From Squalus acanthias (lineage: Eukaryota), in assembly GCA_030390025.1 (NCBI GenBank), contig CM059432.1, positions 76,510,001 through 76,574,000 of the forward strand: 64,000 bases of DNA, read 5' to 3'. Positions 37,735 to 49,206 of this stretch are shown here, piece after piece. A program made the position numbers and the translations under genes. The notes beneath the pieces were generated by a model. The model did no database searches. It was not told the origin of the DNA and worked only from the letters and a program-made list of their open reading frames with translations. The first letter of the stretch is position 1, and every line of letters begins with the position of its first letter.

Positions 37735-39186
37735 ATCTATCCGACAATGTAGAAAACTGCCCAGGTATGTCCTGTCCACAAAAAGCAGGACAAATCCAAT
37801 CCGGCCAATTATCACCCAATCAGTCTACTCTCAATCATCAGCAAAGTGATGGAAGGTGTCATCGAGAGTGCTAAAAAGCAGCACTTAGTCACAAATATCC
37901 TGCTCACTGATGCCCAGTTTGGGTTCCGCCAAGACCACTCGGCTCCCGACCTCCTTACAGCCTTGGTCCAAACATGGACATAGGAGCTGAATTCCAGAGG
38001 TGAGGTGAGAGTGACTGCCCTTGACATCAAGGCAACATTTGACCGAATATGGCATCAAGGAGTCCTTGTAAAACTGAAGTCAATGGGAATCAGGGGGAAA
38101 TCTCTCCACTGGCTGGAGTCATACCTAGCATAAAGGAAGATGATTGTGGTGGTTGAAGGTCAATCATCACAGCCCCAGGACATTGCTGCAGGAGTTCCTC
38201 AGGGCAGTGTCCTAGGCCCAACCATCTTCAGCTGCTTCATCAATGACCTTCCCTCCAACATAAGGTCAGAAATGGGGATGTTCGCTGATGACTGCACAGT
38301 GTTCAGTGCCATTCGCAACTCCTCAGATAATGTAGCAGTCCAAAGCCCACATGCAACAAGACCTGGACGACGTTCAGGCTTGGGCTGATAAGTGGCAGGT
38401 AACATTCGCGCTACAGAAGTGCCAGGCAATGACTATCTCCAACAAGCGAGAGTCTTACCATCACCCCTTGACATTCAACGGCATTACCATCGCCAAATCC
38501 CCCACCATCAACATCCTGGAGGTCACCATTGACTAGAAACTTAACTGGACCAGCCACATAAATACTGTGGCAACAAGAGCAGGTCAGAGGCTAGGTATTC
38601 TGCAGTGAGTGTCTCACCTCCTGACTCCCCAAAGCCTTTCCACCATCTACAAGGCACAAGCCAGGGGTGTGATGGAATACTCTCCACTTGCCTGGATGAG
38701 TGCATTTCAAACAACACTCAAGAAGCTCGACACCATCCTTGACAAAGCAGCCCACTTGATTGGCACCCCATTCACCACCTTAAACATTCACTCCCTCCAC
38801 CACCAGCTTACCGTGGCTGCAGTGTGTACCATCTACAAGATGCACTGCAGCAACTCGCCAAGGCTTCTTTGGCAACACCACCCAAACCCACGACCTCTTC
38901 CACCTAGAAGGACAAGGGCAGCAGGCACATGGGAACACCACCACCTCCAAGTTCCCTCCAAGTCACATTCTATCCTGACTTAGAAGTATAGCGCTGATCC
39001 TTCATCGTCGCTGGGTCAAAATCCTGGAACTCCCTCCCTAACGGCATTGTGGGAGTAACTTCACCACACGGACTGCAGTGGTTCAAGAAGACGGCTCACT
39101 GCCACCTTCTCAAGGGCAACTAGGGATGGGCAATAAATGCTGGCCTTGCCAGCGATGCCCACATCCCATAAACAAATATTAAAAAA

Positions 39187-40441
39187 GTGTAAAACTCTCT
39201 ATATTCAGCCCTCAGTGTAATGCTCTCTGCCCTCAGTGTAATGCTCTCCGTACTCTGTCCTCCGTGTAAAGCTCTCTGCTCTCAGTGTAATGCTGTCCAT
39301 ACTCTACCCTTAGTGTAAAGCTGTCCTTGCTGTGCCTTCAGTGTAATGCTCTCTGCCGTCAATGTAATGCTTCTGCCCTCAGTGTAATGCTCTCCATACT
39401 CTGCCCTCAGTGTAATGCTCTCTGTACTCTGCCCTCAGTGTAATGCTCTCTGTACTCTGCCCTCAGTGTAATGCTCTCTGTACTCTGCCCTCAGTGTAAT
39501 GCTCTCTGCCCTCAGTGTAATGCTCTCTGTACTCTGCCCTCAGTGTAATGCTCTCTGTACTCTGCCCTCAGTGTAATGCTCTCTGTACTCTGCCCTCAGT
39601 GTAATGCTCTCTGTACTCTGCCCTCAGTGTAATGCTCTCTGTACTCTGCCCTCAGTGTAATGCTCTCTGTACTCTGCCCTCAGTGTAATGCTCTCTGTAC
39701 TCTGCCCTCAGTGTAATGCTCTCTGTACTCTGCCCTCAGTGTAATGCTCTCTGTACTCTGCCCTCAGTGTAATGCTCTCTGTACTCTGCCCCCAGTGTAA
39801 TGCTCTCTGCCCTCAGTGTAATGCTCTCTGTACTCTGCCCTCAGTGTAATGCTCTCTGTACTCTGCCCTCAGTGTAATGCTCTCTGTACTCTGCCCTCAG
39901 TGTAATGCTCTCTGTACTCTGCCCTCAGTGTAATGCTCTCTGCCCTCAGTGTAATGCTCTCTGTACTCTGCCCTCAGTGTAATGCTCTCTGTACTCTGCC
40001 CTCAGTGTAATGCTCTCTGTACTCTGCCCTCAGTGTAATGCTCTCTGTACTCTGCCCTCAGTGTAATGCTCTCTGTACTCTGCCCTCAGTGTAATGCTCT
40101 CTGTACTCTGCCCTCAGTGTAATGCTCTCTGTACTCTGCCCCCAGTGTAATGCTCTCTGCCCTCAGTGTAATGCTCTCTGTACTCTGCCCCCAATGTAAT
40201 GCTCTCTGCCCTCAATGTAATGCTCTCTGTACTCTGCCCTCAGTGTAATGCTCTCTGCCCTCAGTGTAATGCTCTCTGCCCTCAGTGTAATGCTCTCTGT
40301 ACTCTGCCCTCAGTGTAATGCTCTCTGCCCTCAGTGTAATGCTCTCTGCCCTCAGTGTAATGCTCTCTGTACTCTGCCCTCAGTGTAATGCTCTCTGCCC
40401 TCAGTGTAATGCTCTCTGTCCTCAGTGTAATGCTCTCTGTA
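39187..40441 (+). repeat. Minisatellite, right (homogeneous) part
   Basis: Dozens of near-identical 28-bp CCCTCAGTGTAATGCTCTCTGTACTCTG units mixed with 21-bp variants. Confidence 0.97.
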
Positions 40442-43400
40442 CAATCAACCCCTGCAATGATACATTGTAACTTGTTAAATATACTATTTATGGTTACAGT
40501 TAAATAATGAAAGACTTGCTAAAATGTTTTGAAAATTCCCTCTGTTTTAGTAGAGATATAATGCATATGTTTAAACATTTAATATAAGCTTTCAGCTTTT
40601 TCTGCAAATAAAAAAATTTGCGCAGTCATCAGTTAAAAATGGAAGCTTGAGAACAAAATAGATTGTAGCCATCACTGAAGGACTATCCTCAGCTGCAGAA
40701 AATAAACAAACCTCTGTGTATAAAAGCAAAGTAACACATTCTAAAATAATTCTCAAATGCTGCACTCACCCAATGTGCTAAAATTGGATTCAATATTATT
40801 TGTACCTTTTGAAGGAGGCATATATTGTTGATATAATATATAAACAATATAAAAAATGTAAACTATATATACTAAGCTGGTTTGTATAAAGACTTTGCCT
40901 CAATGCTTACTGATGGATCATCATACAAGGAAGCTGAGAGCTTTAACAACATTAAGCATGGTATCATGGGAGTCTCTTGTGTGCGGTTTTATTTGCAGCA
41001 GTCAGGTTAATGAGCCCACCAGCCCACTTGATGTTGAGGGCCTCATAACAAAGAATTCTCTCATTAAACACTCCCTGGCATTGCGTTCGGAAACAAAGTG
41101 ACATTCAAAGTGTTGAATGCCTTTGTGCTAGTTGTTCCTGCCAGGCTGCAGAGCCAGTCATGGCATCGATCCTACAATGTCCTGGCAGCCATCCAGTGAC
41201 ACGCCGGCCTCTCCAGTGTGCAGCGGCATTTGCCAATCTAAGCAGCATCGGTATACAAACAAGCATGGCACACGACGAGCCTGGCGAGCAGCCAATATGG
41301 AGCAGCTGAGTGGGCTGACTTCCTTCTAATTTGTCTGAAATCAAGTCCTCCCCGTTCATTGAATTCTCTTCTTGCCGATTTATTTTCACTTCCACAATGA
41401 AGACAGAAATAGCATTTATTTCCTATCTGGATTTCTAACATTTTGTTCATTAAAACTGCTAGAAACAAAATATTTCCCAGAGTACTACCAAAATCTCTAC
41501 TGCAAGACAAACTTTTCATTAGTGTGACCCCTAAGAGTGTTATCAGCTAACTAGCAGGTGTGTCCCTTTATCACAGTCTTACACACCAAAGCATGACGGG
41601 TAAACCCTTAACTTGTGATTCAGCTCAAGCTTGCATTATTCATGAGATTCAGTGTTTGCAATTCAGGACCAATTTACTAGGAAAGAAATAATTTCACTGA
41701 GGGTTACAAATCCTGCCTTCTTAATAGGAATGTAATGCAGAACTTGAAACATTTTTTTTAAACTTCCAAATCAAATCTTAGTTATTGCACTATAGCCAAG
41801 AGACAACATAATTATTTATCTTAAACTTGGCTTATGAGTAGCAAACTAAACAATCACAAATTCACATAATTTTGCAATTAAAATTTTGTTATATATACCA
41901 ATTGGAAAAAGTTACTATACCATCCATATATATCTGGTAACCTTTGTATTAATAGTCGTAGTATCATCATTAGGGTTAATTTAACCCACATTGTGGCTTC
42001 ACAAAAGTAACTAGTGCAATTTTTATTCAACTGCTCCTGCTTCCTTCAACAACAAACACAGTAAGTGTTGATTTTTTTGGCAATCATTTTATTAATTGTC
42101 ACAAGAATGCCTCCTACAATATTGTATGTTACAATTTTGAAGATTTCCAGTAGTCCCTACACAACCTATGTTTTATTTAACAGGACAATTCTTAATATTT
42201 ATCCATACAAACAGCTTGATATTGAGAGCTCATTTGCACATAGTACTACATTAATAGTATTTGCTGAAGACATTAATTTATCAGAATAACGATGGCAACT
42301 GTGCTCAATCCTGACTAATTCGTTGAATCTCTCATTTCACTTACATTATTGAAAGATGTTCGCCATCATTTTACATCCTCAGATATTATATGCTGAAGTG
42401 AATTATTCTGAATGCTAACATAAATTTAAAAGAAAATTCAAAGCACGTACCAGCATTGAACCAATTGGTAATTCTGAGTTTGCCACATTCTTAGGCCTGG
42501 GGTTACAAGGGTTAACGATTTTTCATGCAGGAAGCCTGCATCTTCCAACAGCTATTTATGGAATCTGCAGAAACAGCTGAACTGACTGCAATGATGTCAT
42601 ACACTGATGGAATGTTCTGTTCCGCAGCACGTTCACAAGCCGCCTGGGTCTCCTGAAGACTTTGCATGCAGTCTGAGCAGCAACACATTATGAAGCTGAG
42701 GCACTAATTCAGCAGCACCAATCAATATCACACTGCTGACTCTCTCCTGATCTCTCACCCCAACAGCATACTGCCGGGAAAGCTCTGTGCCTCACTGACA
42801 GTGAGAGAAAGCTGCCTCGATACAGCTGCTGATTCCACAATCTATCAAGGTTCATTTTTTTTGTGACTAAAACCAGAGAACTGCCGCAATGAAAACAATT
42901 TTGGACGGTCAGTTCCTCGCTCCACTGGCTGTGTATTTGCTTGGCTTCAGCTGTCCACTTGCAGGCCATTTTATACATTTCATTGATTACATAACCTATT
43001 AGTCTGTCTCTTGTACTGGTTCCTTTAAATTATCTGTAGGAAAAGTAGGAACTTCCTCTCCCCTCACATATATTTACTGAGCCTTTGGGTATTTTCACTG
43101 TCCTTAAAAGAACACAGTTGCCTAGCAACTATTATGGTTACCATGGTGAATCCATGTGTAAGCAGCTGCTGCAATCAGCATTAACACCAGGCTCGCAGGC
43201 AAATCATACCGATACATAAGGGAATGTGTAGAGGGTGATTGCCTATATAATGTTACTCATTAAACAGACATTCCACAGTTTATATTTCTCCAGTACAATT
43301 ATATCAATATCATTCTAACACAAAAACAACAGTACTATATTCTTTGCCCATATAGGCTACATTTTAAAATCATTCAAATCAAATGAGCCTAACATGTGTC

Positions 43401-43944
43401 TAGTATGTTTTTCTCAATTTTTTCCGTAGATGCATTTGAAACAAATCAAATTAACCTTGCCAAATAATATAGCTCTACAGGAATACAATATCGCTCCCGT
43501 ACTTGCACTCTTATATTACCCTGGGTTCAGTTATATTTCTTTCAATAAGTTCTGGAAAGTTGTAATAAATTAGAGTAAAACTTTGGTTATCATCCTTACA
43601 TTAAAACTACTGTGTGGGGTGGAAACACATTGTCAGTCTGTAATACTCAATTTTACTGTGATGTGACTTTTTGTGTTCCATCGAAGTGAAAATTATTAGG
43701 GAATGAAGTTACCAATCTGATGGTGGGTCGAATTCTGGCAGGCTGTTTTGGATTACTTCAGGGAGGTAGTCTCACCCCGCTTCAGTTAGTGCCTGCTGGG
43801 GACTTTTCAAACTTTGGCTCCTCTGAACATTTGACCATCATTTGGGCAATGGCAAATGGAGCCTCAATACCAGAATAAGCTACACAGGATTCATTCCACC
43901 TCCAGCAGGTACTAGTTTCATAATGGTATTTGATGTACAACCAG

Positions 43945-44170
43945 CACTCTTTTCCCAGAGAGTAGTGAGCCTCTGGAATACATTGCCAGCTGGTGTGGTG
44001 GATGCTGACACTTTTCATGCCTTCAAGAGGAAGCTGATCCGGTTCTTGACTGGGGCAAGGGTGGAATTAGGCGTAGGAATTGTCTAGTCATGATGTTCTA
44101 GCCATCATGAGTGTGGGGCAGGCTTGATGGACCAGCTGGTCTTTTTCCTGCCCCTCAAATTCACATATTT
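43945..44170 (+). mobile_element. Old CR1 3' fragment
   Basis: FSQRVVSLWNTLP..AFKRKL, followed by a CR1-type 3' UTR. Confidence 0.7.
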
Positions 44171-44208
44171 CTATAAATGATAATGATGTGACTCATACAG
44201 GCCTATAA

Positions 44209-44368
44209 ATCATAGAATCATAGAATGGTTACAGCACAGAAGGAGGCCATTGAGCCCATTGAGCCCATGCCAACTCTCTGCAAGAGCACTTCAGCTAGTC
44301 CCACTCCCCTGCCCTTTCCCCGTAGCCCTGCACATTTTTTTTGTTCAGGTACTTATCCAATTCCCTTA
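44209..44368 (-). mobile_element. Short CR1 3' end
   Basis: (ATCATAGA)n tail followed by ACAGCACAGAAGGAGGCCATT. Confidence 0.75.
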
Positions 44369-45138
44369 TCAGTTTTTAACCACCATCACCATACAGATGC
44401 ATATCACCAAAGCTGTGTCCATCAATAGAGCAGGCCCCTTCCCAATCCATACACAAAACCTGTTCTCAGATATTCCTAGAATACTACAGCACAGAGGGAG
44501 GCCATTTGGCTGATGGAGTCTGCGCTGGCTCTTTCGAAAAGCAATCCTGTTTGTCCCACTCCCCCGCTCTTTCCCCATATCCCTGTAAAATTTTCTCCTA
44601 CAAATATTTATACAATTCCCTTTTGAAAGCTACTATTGAATCTGTTTCCACCACCCTGTCAAGCAGTCCATTCCAAATCCTAACTACTCGCTGCCTAAAA
44701 TTTTTTTCCTCATGTCGCCTCTGCTTCTTTTGTCAATCAACTTAAATCTGTGTTCTCTGGTTATCGACCCTTCAGCCATTGGAAACAGCTTTTCTTTATT
44801 TACTCTATTTAAACCCTTCATGATTTTAAACACCTCAATCAAATCTCCTCTTAGCCTTCTCTGCTCTAAGGAGAACAACCCCAGCTTCTTTTATTTTTGT
44901 TCATTCCTGGGATGTGGACGTTGCTGGCAAGGCCAGCATTTATTGCCCATCCCTAATTGCCCTTGAGAAGGTGGTGGTGAGCCACCTTCTTGAACCACTG
45001 CAGTTCGTGTGGTGAAGGTACTCCCACAGTGCTGTTAGGGAGGGAGCTCCAGGATTTTGACCCAGTGACGAGGAAAGGAACGCCGTCATATTTCCAAGTC
45101 AGGATGGTGTGTAACTTGGAGGGGAACTTACAAGTGAT

Positions 45139-47016
45139 AGACAGGCTAAGTGAGTGGGCAAGACAGGCTAAGTGAGTGGGCAAGAACATGGCAAATGGAA
45201 TATAATGTGGAGAAATGTGAAGTTATCCACTTTGGTAGGAAAAATAGAAAAGCAGAGGATTTTTTAAATGTTGAGAGATTGGGAAATGTTGGTGTTCAGA
45301 GGGACCTGGGTGTCCTTGTACATGAATCACTGAAAGTTAACATGTAGGTACAGCAAGCAAATAGGAAAGCAAATGGCATGTTGGCTTTTATAACAAGAGG
45401 ATTTGAGTATAAGAGTAAAGACGTCTTACTGCAATTATATAGGGCCCTGGTGAGACCACACCTGGAGTATTGTGTATAGTTTTGGTCTCCTTACCTAAAG
45501 AAGGATAGACTTGCCATAGAGGGAGTGTAATGAAGGTTCACCAGACTGGTTTCTGGGATGGGTGGATTGTCCTATGAGGAGAGATTGTGTAGACTAGGTC
45601 TATATTTTTTTCTTAACGCTTATGGGATGTGGGCGTCGCTGTCAAGGCCAGCATTTATTGCCCATCCTAAGTTGCCCTTGAGAAGGTGGTGTTGAGCCAC
45701 CTTCTTGAACCGCTGCAGTCTGTGTGGTGAAGGTACTCCCACAGTGCTGTTAGGGAGGGAGTTCCAGGATTTTGACCCAGTGACGATCAATGATCGGCGA
45801 TATACTTCCAAGTCAGGATGGTGTGTGACTTGGAGGGGAACTTGGAGGTGGTGGTGTTCCCATGTGTCTGCTGCCCTTGTCCTTCTAGGTGGAAGAGGTC
45901 GCAGGTTTGGGAGGTGCTGCCGAAGAAGCCTTGGCGAGTTGCTGCAGTGCATCTTGTAGATGGTACACACTGCAGCCACGGTACGCCGGTGGTGGAGGGA
46001 GTGAATGTTTAAGGTGGTGGATGGGGTGCCGATCAAATGGGCTGCTTTGTCCTGGATGGTGTCGAGCTTCTTGAGTGTTGTTGGAGCTGCACTCATCCAG
46101 GCAAGTGGAGAGTATTCCATCACACTCCTTACTTGTGCCTTGTAGATGGTGGAAAGGCTTTGGGGAGTCAGGAGGTGAGACACTCACCGCAGAATACCTA
46201 GCCTCTGACCTGCTCTTGTTGCCACAGTATTTATGTGGCTGGTCCAGTTAAGATTCTGGTCAATGGTGATACCCCAGGATGTTGATGGTGGGGGATTCGG
46301 CGATGGTAATGCCGTTGAGTGTCAAGGGGAGGTGGTTAGACTCTCGCTTGTTGGAGATAGTCATTGCCTGGCACTTCTGTGGTGTGAATGTTACCTGCCA
46401 CTTATCAGCCCAAGCCTGAACGTCATCCAGGTCTTGTTGCACGCGGGCATGGACTGCTTCATTATCTGAGGAGTTGTGACTGGCGCTGAACAATGTGCAG
46501 TCATCAGCCAACATCCCCATTTCTGACCTTATGTTGGAGGGAAGGTCATTGATGAAGCAACTGAAGATGGTTGGGCCGAGGACACTGCCCTGTATTCTCT
46601 AGAGTTTAGAAGAATGAGAGGTGATCTCATTGAAACATACAAAATTCTTATAGGGCTTGAGAGGGTAGATGCAGGGAGGATATTTCCCCTGACTGGGGAG
46701 TCTAGAACCAGGGGTCACAGTCTCAGAATAGGGGGTCGGCCATTTAAGACTGAGATGAGGAGAAATTTCTTCACTCGGAGGGTGGTGAATCTTTGGAATT
46801 CTGTACCCCAGAGGGCTGTGGAGGCTCAGTCATTGAGCATATTCAAGACAGAGATCAATAGATTTTTGAATATTAAGGGAATCAAGGGATATGGGGATAG
46901 TGCAGGAAAGTGGAGATGAGGTAGAGATCAGCCATGATCTTATTGAATGGCGGAGCAGGCTCAAAGGGTCAAATGGCCTACTCCTGCTCCTATTTCTTAT
47001 GTTCTTATGTTCTTAT
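45139..47016 (+). mobile_element. CR1 family A 3' part, split by a family-B LINE
   Basis: WQMEYNVEKCEVIHFG..; MRGDLIETYKIL..WNS; (GTTCTTAT)n tail. Confidence 0.92.
45607..46592 (-). mobile_element. Family-B LINE 3' fragment
   Basis: ORF 45620-46183 (STIYKAQVRSVMEYSPLAW), 3' stem-loop, TATT duplicated. Confidence 0.92.
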
Positions 47017-49004
47017 GTGATGGTGTCCCCATGCGCCTGCTGCCCTTGTCCTTCTTGGAAATAAAAGTCGTGGGTTTGGGAGGTACTGTTGAAGAAGCCT
47101 TGGTGAGTTACTGCAGTGTATCTTGTAGATGGTACACACTGCTGCCACGGTGCGCTGGTGGTGGAGGGAGTGAATGTTCATAGTGGTGGATGGGGTGCCA
47201 TTTAAGCGGGCTGATTTGTCCTGGATGGTGTCGAGCTTCTTGAGTGTTGTTGGAGCTGCACTCATCCAGGCAAGTGAAGAGTATTTCATCACACTCCTGA
47301 CTTGTGCCTTGTAGATGGTGGAAAGGCTTTGGGGAGTCAGGAGGTGAGACACTCACTACAGAATACCTAGCCTCTGACCTGCTCTTGTTGCCACAGTATT
47401 TATGTGGCTGGTCCAGTTAAGTTTTTGGTCAATGATGACCTCCAGGATGTTGATGGTGGGGGATTCGGCGATGGCAATGCCGTTGAACGTCTAGGGGAGG
47501 TGGTTAGACTCTCGCTTGTTGGAGATAGTCATTGCCTGGCACTTGTGTGGCGCGAATGTTACCTGCCAGTTATCAGCCTAAGTCTGAATGTCGTCCAGGT
47601 TTTGCTGCATGCGGGCATGAATTGCTTCATTATCTGAGGGGCTGTGAATGGAACTAAACACTGTGCAATCATCAGCGAACATCCCCACTTCTAACCTTAT
47701 GATGGAGGGAAGGTCAATGATGAAGCAGCTGAAGATGATTGAGCCTAGGACACTGCCCTGAGGAACTCCTGCAGCGATATCCTGGGACTGTGATGATTGA
47801 CCTCCAACAACCATCTTCCTTTATGCTAGGTATGACTGCAGCCAGTGGAGAACTTTCCCCCTGATTCCCATTGACTTCAATTTTACTTGATGCCAAACTT
47901 GGTCAAATGCTGCCTTGATATCAAGGGCAGTCACTCTCACCTCACCTCTGGAATTCAGCTCTTTTGTCCATGTTTGGACCATGGCTGTAATGAGGTCTGG
48001 AGCTGAGTAGTCCTGGCGGAACCCAAACTGAGCATCAGTGAGCAGGTTATTGGTGAGTAAGTGCCTCTAGATAGCACTGTCGACTACACCTTCCATTACT
48101 TTGCTGATGATTGAGAGTAGACTGATGGAGTGGTAATTGCCTGGATTGGATTTGTCCTGCTTTTTGTGGACAGGACATACCTGGGCAGTTTTCCACATTG
48201 TCGGGTAGATGCCAGTGTTGTAGCTGTACTGGAATAGCTTGGCTAGAGACGCAGCTAGTTCTGGAGCACAAGTCTTCAGCACAATGGCCGGGATGTTGTC
48301 AGGGCCCATAGCCTTTGATGTATCCAGTGCGCTCAGCCGTTTCTTGATATCACGTGGAGTGAATCGAATTGGCTGAAGACTGGCTGCTGTGATGGTGGGG
48401 ACCTCAGGAGGAGGCCGATATGGATCATCCACTCAGCACTTCTGGCTGAAGATGGTTGCAAACGCTTCAGCCTTGTCTTTTCCACTCACTTTCTGGGCGC
48501 CGCCATCATTGAGGATGTGGATCTTCATGGAGCTTCCTCCTCCCATTAGTTGTTTAATGGTCCACCACCATTCACAACTGGCTGTGACAGGACTGCAGAG
48601 CTTTGATCTGATCCATTGATTGTGGGATTGCTTAGCTCTGTCTATAGCATGCTGATTCTGCTGTTTAGCATGCATGTAGTCCTATGTTGCAGCTTCCCCA
48701 GGTTGGCACCTCATTTTTAGGTACGCCTGGTGCTGCTCCTATCATGCTCTTCCTGAACTCCTCATTGACCTAGGGTTTTTCCCCTGGCTTGATGGTAATG
48801 GTAGAGTGAGAGATATGCCGCGCCATGAGATTACAGATTTTGGTGGAATACAATTCTGCTGCTACTGATGGCCCACAGCGCCTCATGGATGCCCAGTTTT
48901 GAGCTGCTAGATCTGTTCTGAATCTATCCCATTCTCCAGTCTATCCATGTAACTGTAATCTCCATCCCTGGAACCATTCTAGTAGTCATTTGTGACTTTG
49001 ATTA

Positions 49005-49100
49005 GGGCCAGCAGTGGGGGACAGTAGGGATGCTACACTTGGCCTCAGCACACACAGCCCAGCGAGTGGAAAAATCAGACAGGGACTTAACTCCTGATTG
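49005..49100 (+). mobile_element. Old SINE-like fragment
   Basis: Similar to the reverse complement of 24420-24500. Confidence 0.4.
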
Positions 49101-49206
49101 TTGGAATTGTGCTTATGTGGACAGAAGTTATACATTTTGAACTCAGAATCCAGTCCGTATCTACCTCTTGCAACTTGGTGCTTTATCTGCAGTACTGTCA
49201 AGAACT

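Larger units (their letters stand above)
32588..39186 (+). mobile_element. Apparently full-length family-B CR1-group LINE with tRNA-derived 5' head (contains nested RTE)
   Basis: A/B boxes at the 5' end; APE (LTNIWGL, ILTESYL, GDFNVH, SDHRTV); RT (MGPDNIP, GVPQGSVLGP, MFADD); C-terminus LHH..VAAVCTIYK; 3' stem-loop and A tail; flanks rejoin into one minisatellite unit. Confidence 0.9.
44890..48933 (-). mobile_element. Family-B LINE, 5'-truncated, split by a CR1 (pieces 44890-45138 and 47017-48933)
   Basis: Reverse complement of 33657-39186 without the RTE; GTGAT duplicated around the inner CR1. Confidence 0.9.
44476..48985 (-). mobile_element. CR1 3' fragment split by nested insertions (pieces 44476-44889 and 48932-48985)
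   Basis: FSLEQRRLRGDLIEVFKIMKG; sequence resumes after 48931 with TTCT duplicated. Confidence 0.8.

Noticed and set aside
39187..40441. CRISPR-like array
   Set aside because: Head-to-tail tandem units with no unique spacers, no cas genes, eukaryotic context
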